Shown one piece after another: positions 19,601 through 29,336 of a stretch of 64,000 nucleotides of DNA (position 1 is its first letter; each line of letters opens with the position of its first letter). The position numbers and the translations under genes are program-made. Location of the stretch: contig JBPOGH010000007.1 in assembly GCA_051252135.1 (NCBI GenBank), forward strand, positions 96,001-160,000, read 5' to 3'. A model generated the notes under the pieces. It worked only from the letters and a program-made list of their open reading frames with translations, did not search any database and had not been told where the DNA came from. The stretch is from Verrucomicrobiaceae bacterium. GTDB taxonomy: Bacteria > Verrucomicrobiota > Verrucomicrobiia > Verrucomicrobiales > Akkermansiaceae.

Positions 19601-20479
19601 ATGAAAACATACCTCCGATCCCTGTGGCTGGCGGGACAGCAGTTTACAGAACATCAGGCGCTCCGACTCGGTGCCGCTCTGGCATTTTACTCTATTTTTT
19701 CGATTGGGCCTCTGGTGATTATCGTGCTCTCGATCTCAGGGGGCGTTTTCGGAGAAGAAGCGGTGAGGGGGCAACTGGAGAGGCAGCTTGACGGGTTGAT
19801 GGGGGAAAGGGCGGCCGGGACGGTCGAGGATCTTGTGGCGAGTGCGAAGAAGGAGCCGGATGACAGCCTAATGGGTTTGATCGGAGGAGTGGTCCTTGTG
19901 TTTGGAGCGAGCGGGGTTTTCAACCAGTTAAAAGATGCCTTGAACACGGTGTGGGGAGTTCGGCGGATATCGGGTGGTGCGGTGTGGGGGTTTTTGAAGG
20001 ACCGGTTTCTTTCATTTTCGATGGTTTTGGGAATCGGGTTTCTCTTGCTTGTTTCAATGATTTTGACGACGGCGCTTTACAGTTTCACCGATCTTTTGGG
20101 GAGGGTGTTGGCTTTGCCGGCGGAGGTGTGGCGGAGTGTGAGCTTTTTGATTTCTTTTGCAGTGGTCACGTTGCTTTTTGCGATGATTTTCAAAGTTTTG
20201 CCGGATGCGAAAATATCGTGGCGGGACGTATGGGTGGGAGCTGCGACGACGTCCCTGTTGTTTTCAGTGGGAAAATCGGGGGTTGCCCTTTACTTGAGCC
20301 GGGAGGCCACGGGATCGGCCTACGGAGCCGCAGGTGCCCTTGTTGTCTTATTGATGTGGGTTTACTTTGCGTCGGTCATCGTCCTTTTTGGGGCCGAATT
20401 TACGAGGGTGTGGGCGAGGGCGCGGGGGAGGACGATTTTACCAAGGAAAAACTATGAAAGAATCCCGCTATTGAACTGA
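19601..20479 (+). CDS. YihY/BrkB family membrane protein
   Basis: GAALAFYSIFS, ALNTVWG, YGAAGALVVLLMWVY..GAE. Confidence 0.92.
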   Translation: MKTYLRSLWLAGQQFTEHQALRLGAALAFYSIFSIGPLVIIVLSISGGVFGEEAVRGQLERQLDGLMGERAAGTVEDLVASAKKEPDDSLMGLIGGVVLVFGASGVFNQLKDALNTVWGVRRISGGAVWGFLKDRFLSFSMVLGIGFLLLVSMILTTALYSFTDLLGRVLALPAEVWRSVSFLISFAVVTLLFAMIFKVLPDAKISWRDVWVGAATTSLLFSVGKSGVALYLSREATGSAYGAAGALVVLLMWVYFASVIVLFGAEFTRVWARARGRTILPRKNYERIPLLN

Positions 20480-20501
20480 GCGAGAAAAAAAGTTAAGATG
20501 T

Positions 20502-20517
20502 CGGCACATTTCGAGCA
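20502..20517 (+). promoter_or_regulatory. sigma54 promoter of response regulator
   Basis: CGGCACATTTCGAGCA, 15 nt before ATG. Confidence 0.7.
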
Positions 20518-20531
20518 GAACCTTATGTGAA

Positions 20532-21119
20532 ATGCAGACTTCCGCAGTCCAGTCTTCTGAAAAGAAACTCCTCATTGTCGATGATGAGGAGTTGCTGCGG
20601 ACCGTTTTTTCCCTCGCCCTCCGATCTGATAGGGTGACCACCTGCGAGGCGGGTGACGGCCACGAGGCGCTTAATATGCTGCGTAATCAGGATTATGATC
20701 TGGTGCTTCTGGATTTGCGAATGCCTGGTCCGAGTGGACTTGATGTGCTGAAAAGGATGCGGCAATTGGGTGATTTTACCCCGGTGATCATTGTGAGCGC
20801 GTTCATTCCCGGCAGTGCAGTAATCCGTGCCATTTCACAGGGTGTGACGACTTTTGCGGGAAAGCCGATGACGCTGACCTATCTCCGTCGAATGGTGGAG
20901 AACCAGCTGAGTCGCTCGCAACATGGCGAGATGGAACGCGCCAAGCGTTGTGCCGAGCAGATGGACTTTTCAGGAGCCTTGGCCGAGCTGCCAGATGGAC
21001 GTGATGCGGAAATCTGGAGGAAGATTTTTGAAGGCCTGGCGGAAGGGAAATCGCCAAGAGAGTTGAGTCATTTGGAGCGCAAGGCGGAGAGTTTGGTGAC
21101 ATTGCAACCCGCTCTCTAA
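20532..21119 (+). CDS. response regulator (receiver plus short helical tail)
   Basis: LIVDDE, LLDLRMP, VSA, KP. Confidence 0.9.
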   Translation: MQTSAVQSSEKKLLIVDDEELLRTVFSLALRSDRVTTCEAGDGHEALNMLRNQDYDLVLLDLRMPGPSGLDVLKRMRQLGDFTPVIIVSAFIPGSAVIRAISQGVTTFAGKPMTLTYLRRMVENQLSRSQHGEMERAKRCAEQMDFSGALAELPDGRDAEIWRKIFEGLAEGKSPRELSHLERKAESLVTLQPAL

Positions 21120-21188
21120 AATTGCAAAACGCGCCATTTTGGTTGGGGTGCCAGATTGAGATTCCTGTAAAAAAGGGGGAATCGGGGC

Positions 21189-21204
21189 TGGCGCGCGACC
21201 TGCG
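21189..21204 (+). promoter_or_regulatory. sigma54 promoter of small lipoprotein
   Basis: TGGCGCGCGACCTGCG, 15 nt before ATG. Confidence 0.7.
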
Positions 21205-21218
21205 ATTACCAAGGTCCT

Positions 21219-21386
21219 ATGAAAATATCGAAATCACTGAAGGTCCTTGTCCTCCCAATCTCCGCTGCGGCGATGTTCCTGCTGACCAGCTGTGAAAAGA
21301 AGGGACCGGCAGAAAAAGCCGGAGAAAAAATTGACGAGGCTGCTGAAGAGGTAGCCGACGAAATCGATGATGCTACGACGAACTAA
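21219..21386 (+). CDS. small lipoprotein (55 aa, not in ORF track)
   Basis: MKISKSLKVLVLPISAAAMFLLTSCEKKGPAEKAGEKIDEAAEEVADEIDDATTN; lipobox LTSC. Confidence 0.85.
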   Translation: MKISKSLKVLVLPISAAAMFLLTSCEKKGPAEKAGEKIDEAAEEVADEIDDATTN

Positions 21387-21412
21387 CCATTTTTGAACTT
21401 TTTGCCATGATC

Positions 21413-21447
21413 AGGCCTGCACTCCGTTCCGGGGTGCGGGCCTTTTT
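21413..21447 (+). terminator. rho-independent terminator
   Basis: AGGCCTGCACTCCG-TTC-CGGGGTGCGGGCCT-TTTT. Confidence 0.8.
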
Positions 21448-23017
21448 AGTTATCGGTTCTACGGTCCAACTCTTCGTGAGCCCTAGCCAACATTGAGCGA
21501 AGAATTTTTGGGGTCGGGGGTTTGGCGAGGTGTTCATCGAAGCCGGCCTCGATGCTCTTATCGACATGGTGTGGCTGAGTGTGACCCGAGAGGGCGACGA
21601 GGTAGGGCCGATTGGCGATGGGATAACTCCCGTGAACTTTTTCAGCGATGTCCCAGCCACTCAGATGCCCGGGAAGGGTGAGATCGGAAAGCAGGACAGC
21701 CGGGGTGTTTTCCTCCAATGCTTTCAGGCAGGAATCCCCATCCTTGGCAATTTGAACAGAGTGCCCATCCAACTCGAGGAACATTTGCAGTGATAGGGCG
21801 ACACTTTCGTTGTCTTCGACCAAGAGAATTTGAAGTGCTTTGGTGGTCTTCATTTTGGAATCGGTTTTCACTGGGGCTGATACAGGTGGATTGATCTTTG
21901 GGAGGCTGATCTGAAAGGTTGTTCCCTTGCCAAGGCCCGCGCTCTGCACGGAAACGTGACCTTGATGTAATTCGGTAAGCTTTTGGATCACCGCGAGTCC
22001 GAGTCCAAGGCCTGCGGTACTCAACTGCCGAGCTCCGAGTCCCTGTTCGAAGGGTTCAAAAACGCGGTTGATTTCCGCGGTGCTCATCCCGATGCCACTA
22101 TCGGTTACGCTGATGATGATTCTTCCATCGGTGGAAGTGACCGAGATTTCAATTTTTCCCCGAGGGTCGGTGAATTTAATCGAGTTATTGATCAGGTTGG
22201 TCAGGCACTGGGCGAGGCGAACGTCATCGCCATCGATCCAGAGTTCTTCGGGATAGGGAGTAGTGGTCAGCACCAGTCCTTTTTCTTCGGCGGCTTCGCG
22301 GTTATCCTCGCAGCAGTCAATCACGAGGCGGTTGATTTCGAGGGGGCAAGTGATCAGGCGGAGTTTGCCGGAGGTGAGGCGGGAGATATCGAGGGTGTCA
22401 TCAACGAGGCGGCTCAGGTGGAAGATTTGCCTCCCCAGGAGTTCAAAGGCTTTTTCGTGCTGATCATTGGCAATTTGGTCCCGTGACAGGACTTCGAAGC
22501 TGGTAGCTAAAGCAGCGAGGGGATTCCGGAGTTCATGGCCCAGCATGGCAATGAATTCATCCTTTTGATCAGAAGCCCGCCGGAGCTGGATTTCCATCTC
22601 CTTTTGTTCGTGGATATTGGTTGTCACTCCGTACCACTTAACGATTTCGTTCGTTTGATTGCGGACGGGAACGGCCCGGGTGGAGAACCATTTGTAGTCT
22701 CCATTGGCAGCGCGCATGCGGAATTTTTCTTCGAATACCTCTCCGGTTGAGACCGCGGCCATCCAGTTGCGTGTCAGTTCATCGAGGTCGTCCGGGTGAA
22801 TCCGTTTTTCCCAATTTAGGAAATCGGGGTCGTCGGGCCGGATGCCGCCGAAGAGTCCCCACTGGGTGTTGAAATAGTCGACGATGCCATCCGGAGTGGT
22901 GGTAAAAACGATTTCAGGGAGTGCTTCAGCAAGGTGGCGAAAGTTGTCCACTCCCAAAAGATTTGGATCCGGAGGGGCCTCCACAAATTGTGTTGTTGGC
23001 TTGGTCTCGTCTTCCAT
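21446..23017 (-). CDS. PAS hybrid sensor histidine kinase/receiver
   Basis: PAS (IHPDD), HELRNPL, NLINNSIKF, DSGIG, GLGLGL, receiver LVEDN..SDLTLP..KP. Confidence 0.95.
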   Translation of the reverse strand: MEDETKPTTQFVEAPPDPNLLGVDNFRHLAEALPEIVFTTTPDGIVDYFNTQWGLFGGIRPDDPDFLNWEKRIHPDDLDELTRNWMAAVSTGEVFEEKFRMRAANGDYKWFSTRAVPVRNQTNEIVKWYGVTTNIHEQKEMEIQLRRASDQKDEFIAMLGHELRNPLAALATSFEVLSRDQIANDQHEKAFELLGRQIFHLSRLVDDTLDISRLTSGKLRLITCPLEINRLVIDCCEDNREAAEEKGLVLTTTPYPEELWIDGDDVRLAQCLTNLINNSIKFTDPRGKIEISVTSTDGRIIISVTDSGIGMSTAEINRVFEPFEQGLGARQLSTAGLGLGLAVIQKLTELHQGHVSVQSAGLGKGTTFQISLPKINPPVSAPVKTDSKMKTTKALQILLVEDNESVALSLQMFLELDGHSVQIAKDGDSCLKALEENTPAVLLSDLTLPGHLSGWDIAEKVHGSYPIANRPYLVALSGHTQPHHVDKSIEAGFDEHLAKPPTPKILRSMLARAHEELDRRTDN

Positions 23018-23175
23018 CGGAGAAGTTTCGAAGCGGGAACCTTATTTTGCAACCATGGAAAGCAGGGAGAAAGTGAAACGCAGGTTGGCTGCGATCTGCT
23101 TTCAGATAGTGCAATATGCACAGTTTTGGTGAGCGGGATAGGGCGGAACCCTTGTAGGGAGAAGGATGTGGGGGG

Positions 23176-23191
23176 TGGAACGTGACGTGCA
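23176..23191 (+). promoter_or_regulatory. sigma54 promoter of DUF883-like/AI-2E operon
   Basis: TGGAACGTGACGTGCA, 11 nt before ATG. Confidence 0.75.
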
Positions 23192-23201
23192 CATAGATTT
23201 T

Positions 23202-23579
23202 ATGATGAATACACCACTTAAAGAAAAAACGAAACCGATGTTGGACAAGGTGACCGAGTATACCGAAGAGGCCAAGACGAAGAGCTCCGAGTTCATCGAT
23301 GAGAAAACGAGTATTCTGGGCGAGCATCTAGAAACAGCCAACGAAAAGGCAGCGAGGCTCAAAGAGCGTGCGGAGCAAGGTTACGAACGGAAAGTTTCTC
23401 CGGCGATCGACACCGCTCAAGTGAACCTCGCAGGCGCTTCGCGATATCTGCAGGAGAGCTCGGTTGATGACTATATCCGCGATGCGGAAGACTTTGCGCG
23501 ACGTCATCCCCGGATCACTGTAGGAATCACAATGTTGATCGGATGGAAGCTCGGGCGTCTCCTGAAATTTGGCAAATAG
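23202..23579 (+). CDS. ElaB/YqjD (DUF883)-like tail-anchored protein
   Basis: Helical charged body, C-terminal FARRHP plus TM ending G.LL. Confidence 0.75.
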   Translation: MMNTPLKEKTKPMLDKVTEYTEEAKTKSSEFIDEKTSILGEHLETANEKAARLKERAEQGYERKVSPAIDTAQVNLAGASRYLQESSVDDYIRDAEDFARRHPRITVGITMLIGWKLGRLLKFGK

Positions 23580-23580
23580 G

Positions 23581-24813
23581 ATGAAGGAGAATGCCCATGA
23601 AGTGAGCGCATCCCGAACCTATCGCGGACAGGCAGTTCAACGATTTTGTATCGTTGGACTGTTTGTTTTCGCATTGATCGGATTTTTGGTCGTCAGCCGG
23701 CCGGTTCTTTTACCGGTGATACTGGCGCTGATCCTGATGTTGATCCTGAAGCCTTTGCATCTGATGCTCAGGAAGTGGTTCAGGATACCCTCGACGCTGG
23801 CGGCGTCACTCATTGTGGGGTTGGTGACCGGAGGGCTGGTGGCAGGTGGCTACTTTTTGGCAGAGCCGGCGTCGCGGTATATGAAAGAGGTGGGGAAGAA
23901 AGATGTTCAAGAGCGGCTCAGGCACGTTTTTTCTCCTATTCAGGAAATTCATGCGGACATTGTGGAGGTTGCGGAAAAGGTGGATGATTTGGCCGATAAG
24001 CCGGTCATGAAGGAGGAGGAATCCGAAGACGTCCCGGAAGGGGAGGAGGAAGGAGAGACAAAGGTTACCATTGAATCCAATCCGGAGGAGAACGAGGTGA
24101 CGACCGAGGTGACGTCGCCCATTAAGGCCGAGAAATCAGGTGGGTCGGTCCGGGTTCAGATTAAGGAAGATTCGGTAGGGGCATTCTATGTCGCGCTGAA
24201 AGATTTTGGTTTTTATATTTTGGCAACATTGGTTTTGCTGCTGTTTCTTTTGGCCTATGGCGAGGAGATGTCCAAGCGGATGGGTGAGGTGAGAGGGACT
24301 CCGGAGTTTCTTCTGGAGATCGAGAAAGAAGTGTCGGGATATTTGTTTACGATCTCGGCAATCAACCTGAGCCTGGGAACCGCAATCGGGTTGGGGTTGT
24401 GGTTGCTGGGAGTGCCCAACCCGATTCTGTGGGGAGTGATGGCGGCACTTTTGAACTTCATTCCGTATGCCGGGGCCTTGATTGGGGCCGGAGTGGTGAC
24501 TCTCGTATCGGCGATGGAGTTTCAGACTCCGGGGATGACTTTGGCGGGCGGAGCGCTCTATCTGGTGCTTTCAACATTGGAGGGGAATGTCATCACGCCG
24601 GCGGTGATTGGGCGACGCTTTGAAATCAACCCCATCATTGTGTTTGTATGGGTTCTCGCGTGGGCTGCGATATGGGGGCTAGCGGGGATGTTGATCGGTT
24701 TGCCGCTGCTCATCATCTTCCGAATCCTGTGCACCCAGCTGCCATCTCTTTCACGGGTAGAACGGGCGATCACGGTGCGAAGGCATCCGGTGCGAAAGTA
24801 CCCCGTGAGGTGA
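23581..24813 (+). CDS. AI-2E family transporter
   Basis: LLNFIPYAG, LEGNVITP, WGLAGMLIGLPL. Confidence 0.92.
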   Translation: MKENAHEVSASRTYRGQAVQRFCIVGLFVFALIGFLVVSRPVLLPVILALILMLILKPLHLMLRKWFRIPSTLAASLIVGLVTGGLVAGGYFLAEPASRYMKEVGKKDVQERLRHVFSPIQEIHADIVEVAEKVDDLADKPVMKEEESEDVPEGEEEGETKVTIESNPEENEVTTEVTSPIKAEKSGGSVRVQIKEDSVGAFYVALKDFGFYILATLVLLLFLLAYGEEMSKRMGEVRGTPEFLLEIEKEVSGYLFTISAINLSLGTAIGLGLWLLGVPNPILWGVMAALLNFIPYAGALIGAGVVTLVSAMEFQTPGMTLAGGALYLVLSTLEGNVITPAVIGRRFEINPIIVFVWVLAWAAIWGLAGMLIGLPLLIIFRILCTQLPSLSRVERAITVRRHPVRKYPVR

Positions 24814-24829
24814 ATCAGCCTCTTTTCTT

Positions 24830-25045
24830 TCAGTCTTCGTCCTTCGGCTCGAAGTGCTTCTGGATGGTATCAACGAGGCGGTCGCAGTCGGCCTTGGCCT
24901 GGGTGATCATCGAAGCCTGGGTCTCATTGAGAGGGCCCACTTTTTGTTCGGCAAGAAGGTGAAGGATCATCTGGATGCCGGTAAGGGGGGTCTTGAAATC
25001 ATGCGCAATTGATGAAAGCGAGGGGTCGGAATCAGGAAGGGACAT
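24830..25045 (-). CDS. stand-alone HisKA (DHp) domain protein, 71 aa
   Basis: H-box IAHDFKTPLTGI followed by a second helix; no ATPase or sensor domain. Confidence 0.8.
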   Translation of the reverse strand: MSLPDSDPSLSSIAHDFKTPLTGIQMILHLLAEQKVGPLNETQASMITQAKADCDRLVDTIQKHFEPKDED

Positions 25046-25063
25046 GGGTTTTGAGGGACTCTG

Positions 25064-26422
25064 TTAGATATTTAACTTTTTGCGTTTTCGATAGAGGGTG
25101 GCCTTATCAATGCCAAGGATCGCGGCAGCGTCTTGCAGGTTGTCTGCGCGATCAACGATGAGGCGAATGTGTTCGGCTTCCAGTTCCTCAATGGAGACCT
25201 CAGCTCCAGGGACGAGGATGCCCGACCCGGTGGAAGTATTGCCCTCGGGGTGGGGTAGATCCTTTTTTTCAATCTCTTCCCCGGTGCAGAGAATGGTGGC
25301 ACGCTCGATGGAGTTCCGGAGCTCACGCAGGTTTCCAGGCCAATTGTATGAGTGGAGATGATCGAGGGCTTTGGAGGAGAAGCCGGTGATTTTTCTTCCG
25401 ATCTGGGAAGAAAAGAAAGTCAGGTAATCGTTGGCGAAGTGAAGGAGGTCACTGGCGCGGGTGCGAAGCGGGGGGAGTTCGACAGAAATGACATTGATGC
25501 GGTAAAAGAGATCCTCGCGGAACTCTCCATCGGCGATGGACTTTTTAAGGTCGCGATTGGTGGCTGCAATGATGCGGACATTGGCAGAGCGGGTTTTGTT
25601 TTCGCCGAGACGTTCATATTCGCGTTCTTGTAGAAGACGAAGAAGTTTGGGCTGAATCTCCATGGGGAGTTCGCCGATCTCGTCGAGGAACAGCGTGCCA
25701 CCATCGGCCGCGTGGACCTTACCCCATGCGTCCTTAACGGCTCCGGTAAATGCGCCCCGGACGTGTCCGAAGAGTTCGGATTCGAGAAGTTCCTTGGAGA
25801 GACTGGGGCAGCTCACGGTGATGAACGGTTTGTCCTTCAAGTGGCTGTTCTCGTGGATGTTACGAGCGATCACGCTTTTTCCGGTACCGCTTTCTCCAAG
25901 AAGGAGAATGGAAGCGGGGGTGGCAGCGGCGCGTCTGAGAGTGTCGAGGGCAGCCTGCATCCCGATATCGCTGGATTCCAGGCGGGTGGGGGGGGAGGAG
26001 GTGCTGACCTGGGTTTTGAGCTCGGTAACGGTGGTCTCAAGAGTGTGAATGTGCTCCCTGGTCTTGGAGGCTCTGGCGGACTTTAGCAGAATTCCGCGAA
26101 GCTGGTCGGGGGTGAAGGGCTTTGAAAGGTAGTCATATGCGCCGAGGCGGGTGGCTTCGATCGCAGAGTCTACGGTTGCGTAGGCCGTAAAGATGATGAC
26201 GAGTTGGGAAGGGTCCTTTTCAATGATCTCTTTGAGCAGATCAAGACCGCTCTCTTCACCGAGGCGGAGATCGAGAAAGATCAGATCGAATTTCTCTTCC
26301 TTCAGACGAAGGCGGGCTGTGGAAAGAGAGTCGGCACACTCAGCATAATGATCCTCGGCTTCGACCGCAATCCGTGTTGATTGGCGGATTGTCTCCTCGT
26401 CGTCGATGATCAGGATGTCCAT
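25064..26422 (-). CDS. sigma54-dependent response regulator (NtrC/AlgB-like enhancer-binding protein)
   Basis: Receiver, GESGTGKS, ESELFGH, GAFTGA, FLDEIG, WPGNLREL, Fis HTH. Confidence 0.96.
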   Translation of the reverse strand: MDILIIDDEETIRQSTRIAVEAEDHYAECADSLSTARLRLKEEKFDLIFLDLRLGEESGLDLLKEIIEKDPSQLVIIFTAYATVDSAIEATRLGAYDYLSKPFTPDQLRGILLKSARASKTREHIHTLETTVTELKTQVSTSSPPTRLESSDIGMQAALDTLRRAAATPASILLLGESGTGKSVIARNIHENSHLKDKPFITVSCPSLSKELLESELFGHVRGAFTGAVKDAWGKVHAADGGTLFLDEIGELPMEIQPKLLRLLQEREYERLGENKTRSANVRIIAATNRDLKKSIADGEFREDLFYRINVISVELPPLRTRASDLLHFANDYLTFFSSQIGRKITGFSSKALDHLHSYNWPGNLRELRNSIERATILCTGEEIEKKDLPHPEGNTSTGSGILVPGAEVSIEELEAEHIRLIVDRADNLQDAAAILGIDKATLYRKRKKLNI

Positions 26423-26483
26423 GGGGGGTATTAAAGGGTGTGGTTTGTGATTCTCAAGATTTCAGTGTCGGGGGTGAGGGGGG

Positions 26484-26711
26484 CTAGCTGATCTCGGTTT
26501 CCGAGGTTTCAGCATTTCCTTCGCTATCGACTGTCGTTTTGGTCACCGTCCGACTTCCGGAATGGGCCTTTGCAGCACCCATGATCCCTGATCCCCCGAT
26601 GATGAGGGCGACAACGATGAGAATAGGTTGGGGCACGCCGATCATCATTAGTCCGTAAATGACGCCAGCCAAAAGAACCAAGGTGCCGAGGATGTAGATC
26701 ATTGCTTTCAT
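26484..26711 (-). CDS. small two-TM membrane protein
   Basis: Two hydrophobic helices, polar tail. Confidence 0.7.
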   Translation of the reverse strand: MKAMIYILGTLVLLAGVIYGLMMIGVPQPILIVVALIIGGSGIMGAAKAHSGSRTVTKTTVDSEGNAETSETEIS

Positions 26712-26752
26712 GGCTTGAATAGAGTTTTGGTTATCGTGATTACGAATAGGGC

Positions 26753-27373
26753 CTATTGCTCACCCACCTGTGAGGCGACGATCTTTCCTGAATTCATGAA
26801 GCCATCGGTGATGGCTCCATAGACTGTGACGTTGTCCCCGACTTCGATCCGGACCTTTCCTTTGTTATCAAAGGCATCTTCTCCGAGAAGTGCGGTGCTG
26901 ACATCGAATCGTTGGTAAGGGGTTTCGATTGTCATGAGTTTTTCAGCGATGATGATGACCTTCCCGGTGATGACGACACCAGTGCCCTCAACGGTTGCCT
27001 TCCTTAGGTCTGCGATGACCTCTTCCTCATCGTCGGGGTTGGCAAAGAAGCTCTTTTTGATGTTCTTCACATACACGCTGGCCGCTTCAATGGTGCGGTG
27101 GGTGTCGTCGTCTGCATCGACGCGACCAGTGACGACGACTTGGTCGTTGTCCACGATATTGAAGCCTTCAAGGTTCTCATCGTAGTCATCCATTTCAACA
27201 ACGATGGCTCCTTTGCCGTAGTCGAGCTTGAAGACGTTGGCTCCGGCTTCGACAACCTTGCCGGAAATGGTGATCCACTGTCCGTCTTTTTTATTCCAGG
27301 GGGAGGGGTTCTCCTCGGCTTGGGCAGCCAGGATTCCGGAAACAAGGGCCGTGATTTGCAAGATTTTCTTCAT
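26753..27373 (-). CDS. exported tandem OB-fold protein (BOF/YgiW/DUF5666-like)
   Basis: True start MKKILQITALVSG (signal peptide); two repeats ITISGKV..DQVVVTG and VITGKV..DNVTVYG. Confidence 0.75.
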   Translation of the reverse strand: MKKILQITALVSGILAAQAEENPSPWNKKDGQWITISGKVVEAGANVFKLDYGKGAIVVEMDDYDENLEGFNIVDNDQVVVTGRVDADDDTHRTIEAASVYVKNIKKSFFANPDDEEEVIADLRKATVEGTGVVITGKVIIIAEKLMTIETPYQRFDVSTALLGEDAFDNKGKVRIEVGDNVTVYGAITDGFMNSGKIVASQVGEQ

Positions 27374-27388
27374 AACAACCCCTTTACT

Positions 27389-27404
27389 TGCAGAAGGGGG
27401 GCCA
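27389..27404 (-). promoter_or_regulatory. sigma54 promoter of OB-fold gene
   Basis: TGGCCCCCCTTCTGCA, 16 nt before ATG. Confidence 0.7.
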
Positions 27405-27509
27405 AGCGATAAAGTGCTATGGATCAATGGGGAACCATTCAGGAATTCATCAATTTGGAGCAGCTTGCAATACGAAGAGTGGCGACGGGGTGCATTTTGC
27501 GACGCTGAT

Positions 27510-29327
27510 CTAACGTTCAGCGAAGGTTTCGTCATTTTCGAGAAGGAGGGCACAGTCGATGAGGGCCAAGTGACTGTAGGCTTGGGGGAAATTACCAAGG
27601 TGACGGAGGGTTTCGAAGTCGAGATCCTCACCGTAGAGGCCGTGGGGATTGGCGGCCTTGATGAGGCGTTCGAACATTTCGAGGCCGTCGGAGCGACGTC
27701 CGGATTGGACGAGGGCTTTGACCATCCAAAAGGAGCAGACGGTGAAGGCGCTGGAGGGGGCTCCGAAGTCATCGGTATTCCGGTAGCGATACATGAGTCC
27801 GTTGCGACAGAGTTGTTTTTCCGAGAGCGCGACGGTGGACTGGAAACGGGGATCCTTGCCATCGATGAAGCCAAAATCGGCCATGAGGAGGTTCGCCGAA
27901 TCGAGATCGTCCGTCTCGTAGGACTGGGTGAAGGCTCCGATGTGTTCTTTCCAGCCTTTTTCGCAAATGGTGTTGTGGATGTGGTCACGGAGGGGGCGAT
28001 GCCGGGCGGCCCACTGATCTTTTCCCAGGAATCCGGCGATCTTGATGGCGCGGTCGAGGGCGACCCAGCAGAGGACTTTGGAAAAGACGAAGTGTTTTTT
28101 GTCGCCGCGAATTTCCCAGATTCCGCGGTCCGGTTGTTCCCAGGTTTCGGAGACGGTTTTGACGATGGACCGGACGGTGGTCCAGATGCGGTCCATGTCC
28201 TCGGGGAGACGGCTGCGCTCTCCCAGGTCCTGCCAGATGACATCGAGAAGGATGCCGAAGATATCGTGCTGCTCCTGGGTGTAGGCGGCATTTCCGATGC
28301 GAACGGGGCCGCTTCCGTGGTAGCCGGCGAGGTGGTCGAGGGTTTCCTCGGTCAGGATTTTTTCACCGCGGAGTCCATACATGATTTGGAGGGAGTCGTC
28401 CTTGGTGCGGACGGTGTGGAGAACCCAGTCGACGAATCGCGAGGCCATGTGGGGGTGGCCGATGCGGTGAAGAGTGGCGACGGTCATGGAAGCGTCGCGA
28501 ATCCAGCAAAAGCGGTAGTCCCAATTGCGTTCCTCACCGATGGTTTCGGGGAGGGAGGTGGTGGCTGCGGCGACGAAGGCGCCACTTGGGCTGAACTGAA
28601 GAATTTTGAGAGTGATGGCGCTCCGGATGATCTCCGAAGAGAATCTGGGGGTGCGCATGGTGGTGGCGGACCAGAGCATCCAATATGAGCGGGTGCGCTG
28701 AAGCATGAGCTCGATGGAGTCGAGGTTTGGAGGCGTGATTTTGTCGTGGTAGCTCATGAGGAAGAAGGACGGTTCTTCCAGGGTGAACTCATGGGATTCG
28801 AGGATGTCGGAGTTATCGAGATTCGAATAGAGGTAGAGAGATTCGTAGACCGGCTTGCCGTTGGGGCCGGTGCCCGAGGTGGTGCTCTTCAAGCGTTCCT
28901 GTCCGTCAGAGAAGGTGGTGGTGGGGAAGCGGGCATATTCAAGCTGGGGCTGGTAGCGAATACGGATGCGGGGTTTACCGCTGACGGGACGGAGGATGCG
29001 GATGATGTCGGGCGCGACATTTTCATAGCTGTACTGCGATGGCGAGAGATGGTAGCGGGGCATGAAGTCGATGACTTCGAAGACGCCGTCGGGAGATTCG
29101 AAACGGCTAATGAAGATCGCTGTTTCGGCATCGTAGCCTTGGTGGATGACTTTTCCATCGGAGCAATCGATGCCAAAGGAACCGCCCTTTTCAGAATCCA
29201 AGAGACTGGCCATGACCGTGCCGGAATCAAAATCGGGGAGGCAGCAGAAGGAGATGGAGGCATCGGGTTCAACGAGGGCTGCAGTGCGGCCGTTTCCGAT
29301 GATTCCCTGATAGTAATTGTCGTGCAT
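27510..29327 (-). CDS. GH15 glycoside hydrolase (trehalase/glucoamylase-like)
   Basis: AAATTSLPE..RNWDYRFCWIRD, GIWEIR, GNFPQAYSH. Confidence 0.93.
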   Translation of the reverse strand: MHDNYYQGIIGNGRTAALVEPDASISFCCLPDFDSGTVMASLLDSEKGGSFGIDCSDGKVIHQGYDAETAIFISRFESPDGVFEVIDFMPRYHLSPSQYSYENVAPDIIRILRPVSGKPRIRIRYQPQLEYARFPTTTFSDGQERLKSTTSGTGPNGKPVYESLYLYSNLDNSDILESHEFTLEEPSFFLMSYHDKITPPNLDSIELMLQRTRSYWMLWSATTMRTPRFSSEIIRSAITLKILQFSPSGAFVAAATTSLPETIGEERNWDYRFCWIRDASMTVATLHRIGHPHMASRFVDWVLHTVRTKDDSLQIMYGLRGEKILTEETLDHLAGYHGSGPVRIGNAAYTQEQHDIFGILLDVIWQDLGERSRLPEDMDRIWTTVRSIVKTVSETWEQPDRGIWEIRGDKKHFVFSKVLCWVALDRAIKIAGFLGKDQWAARHRPLRDHIHNTICEKGWKEHIGAFTQSYETDDLDSANLLMADFGFIDGKDPRFQSTVALSEKQLCRNGLMYRYRNTDDFGAPSSAFTVCSFWMVKALVQSGRRSDGLEMFERLIKAANPHGLYGEDLDFETLRHLGNFPQAYSHLALIDCALLLENDETFAER

Positions 29328-29336
29328 GAATAGGTC

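Noticed and set aside
27374..28688. Extension of ORF 26753..28291 and + strand ORF 27228..28688
   Set aside because: Shadow frames over GH15; the OB-fold gene starts at 27373 with a signal peptide and promoter.
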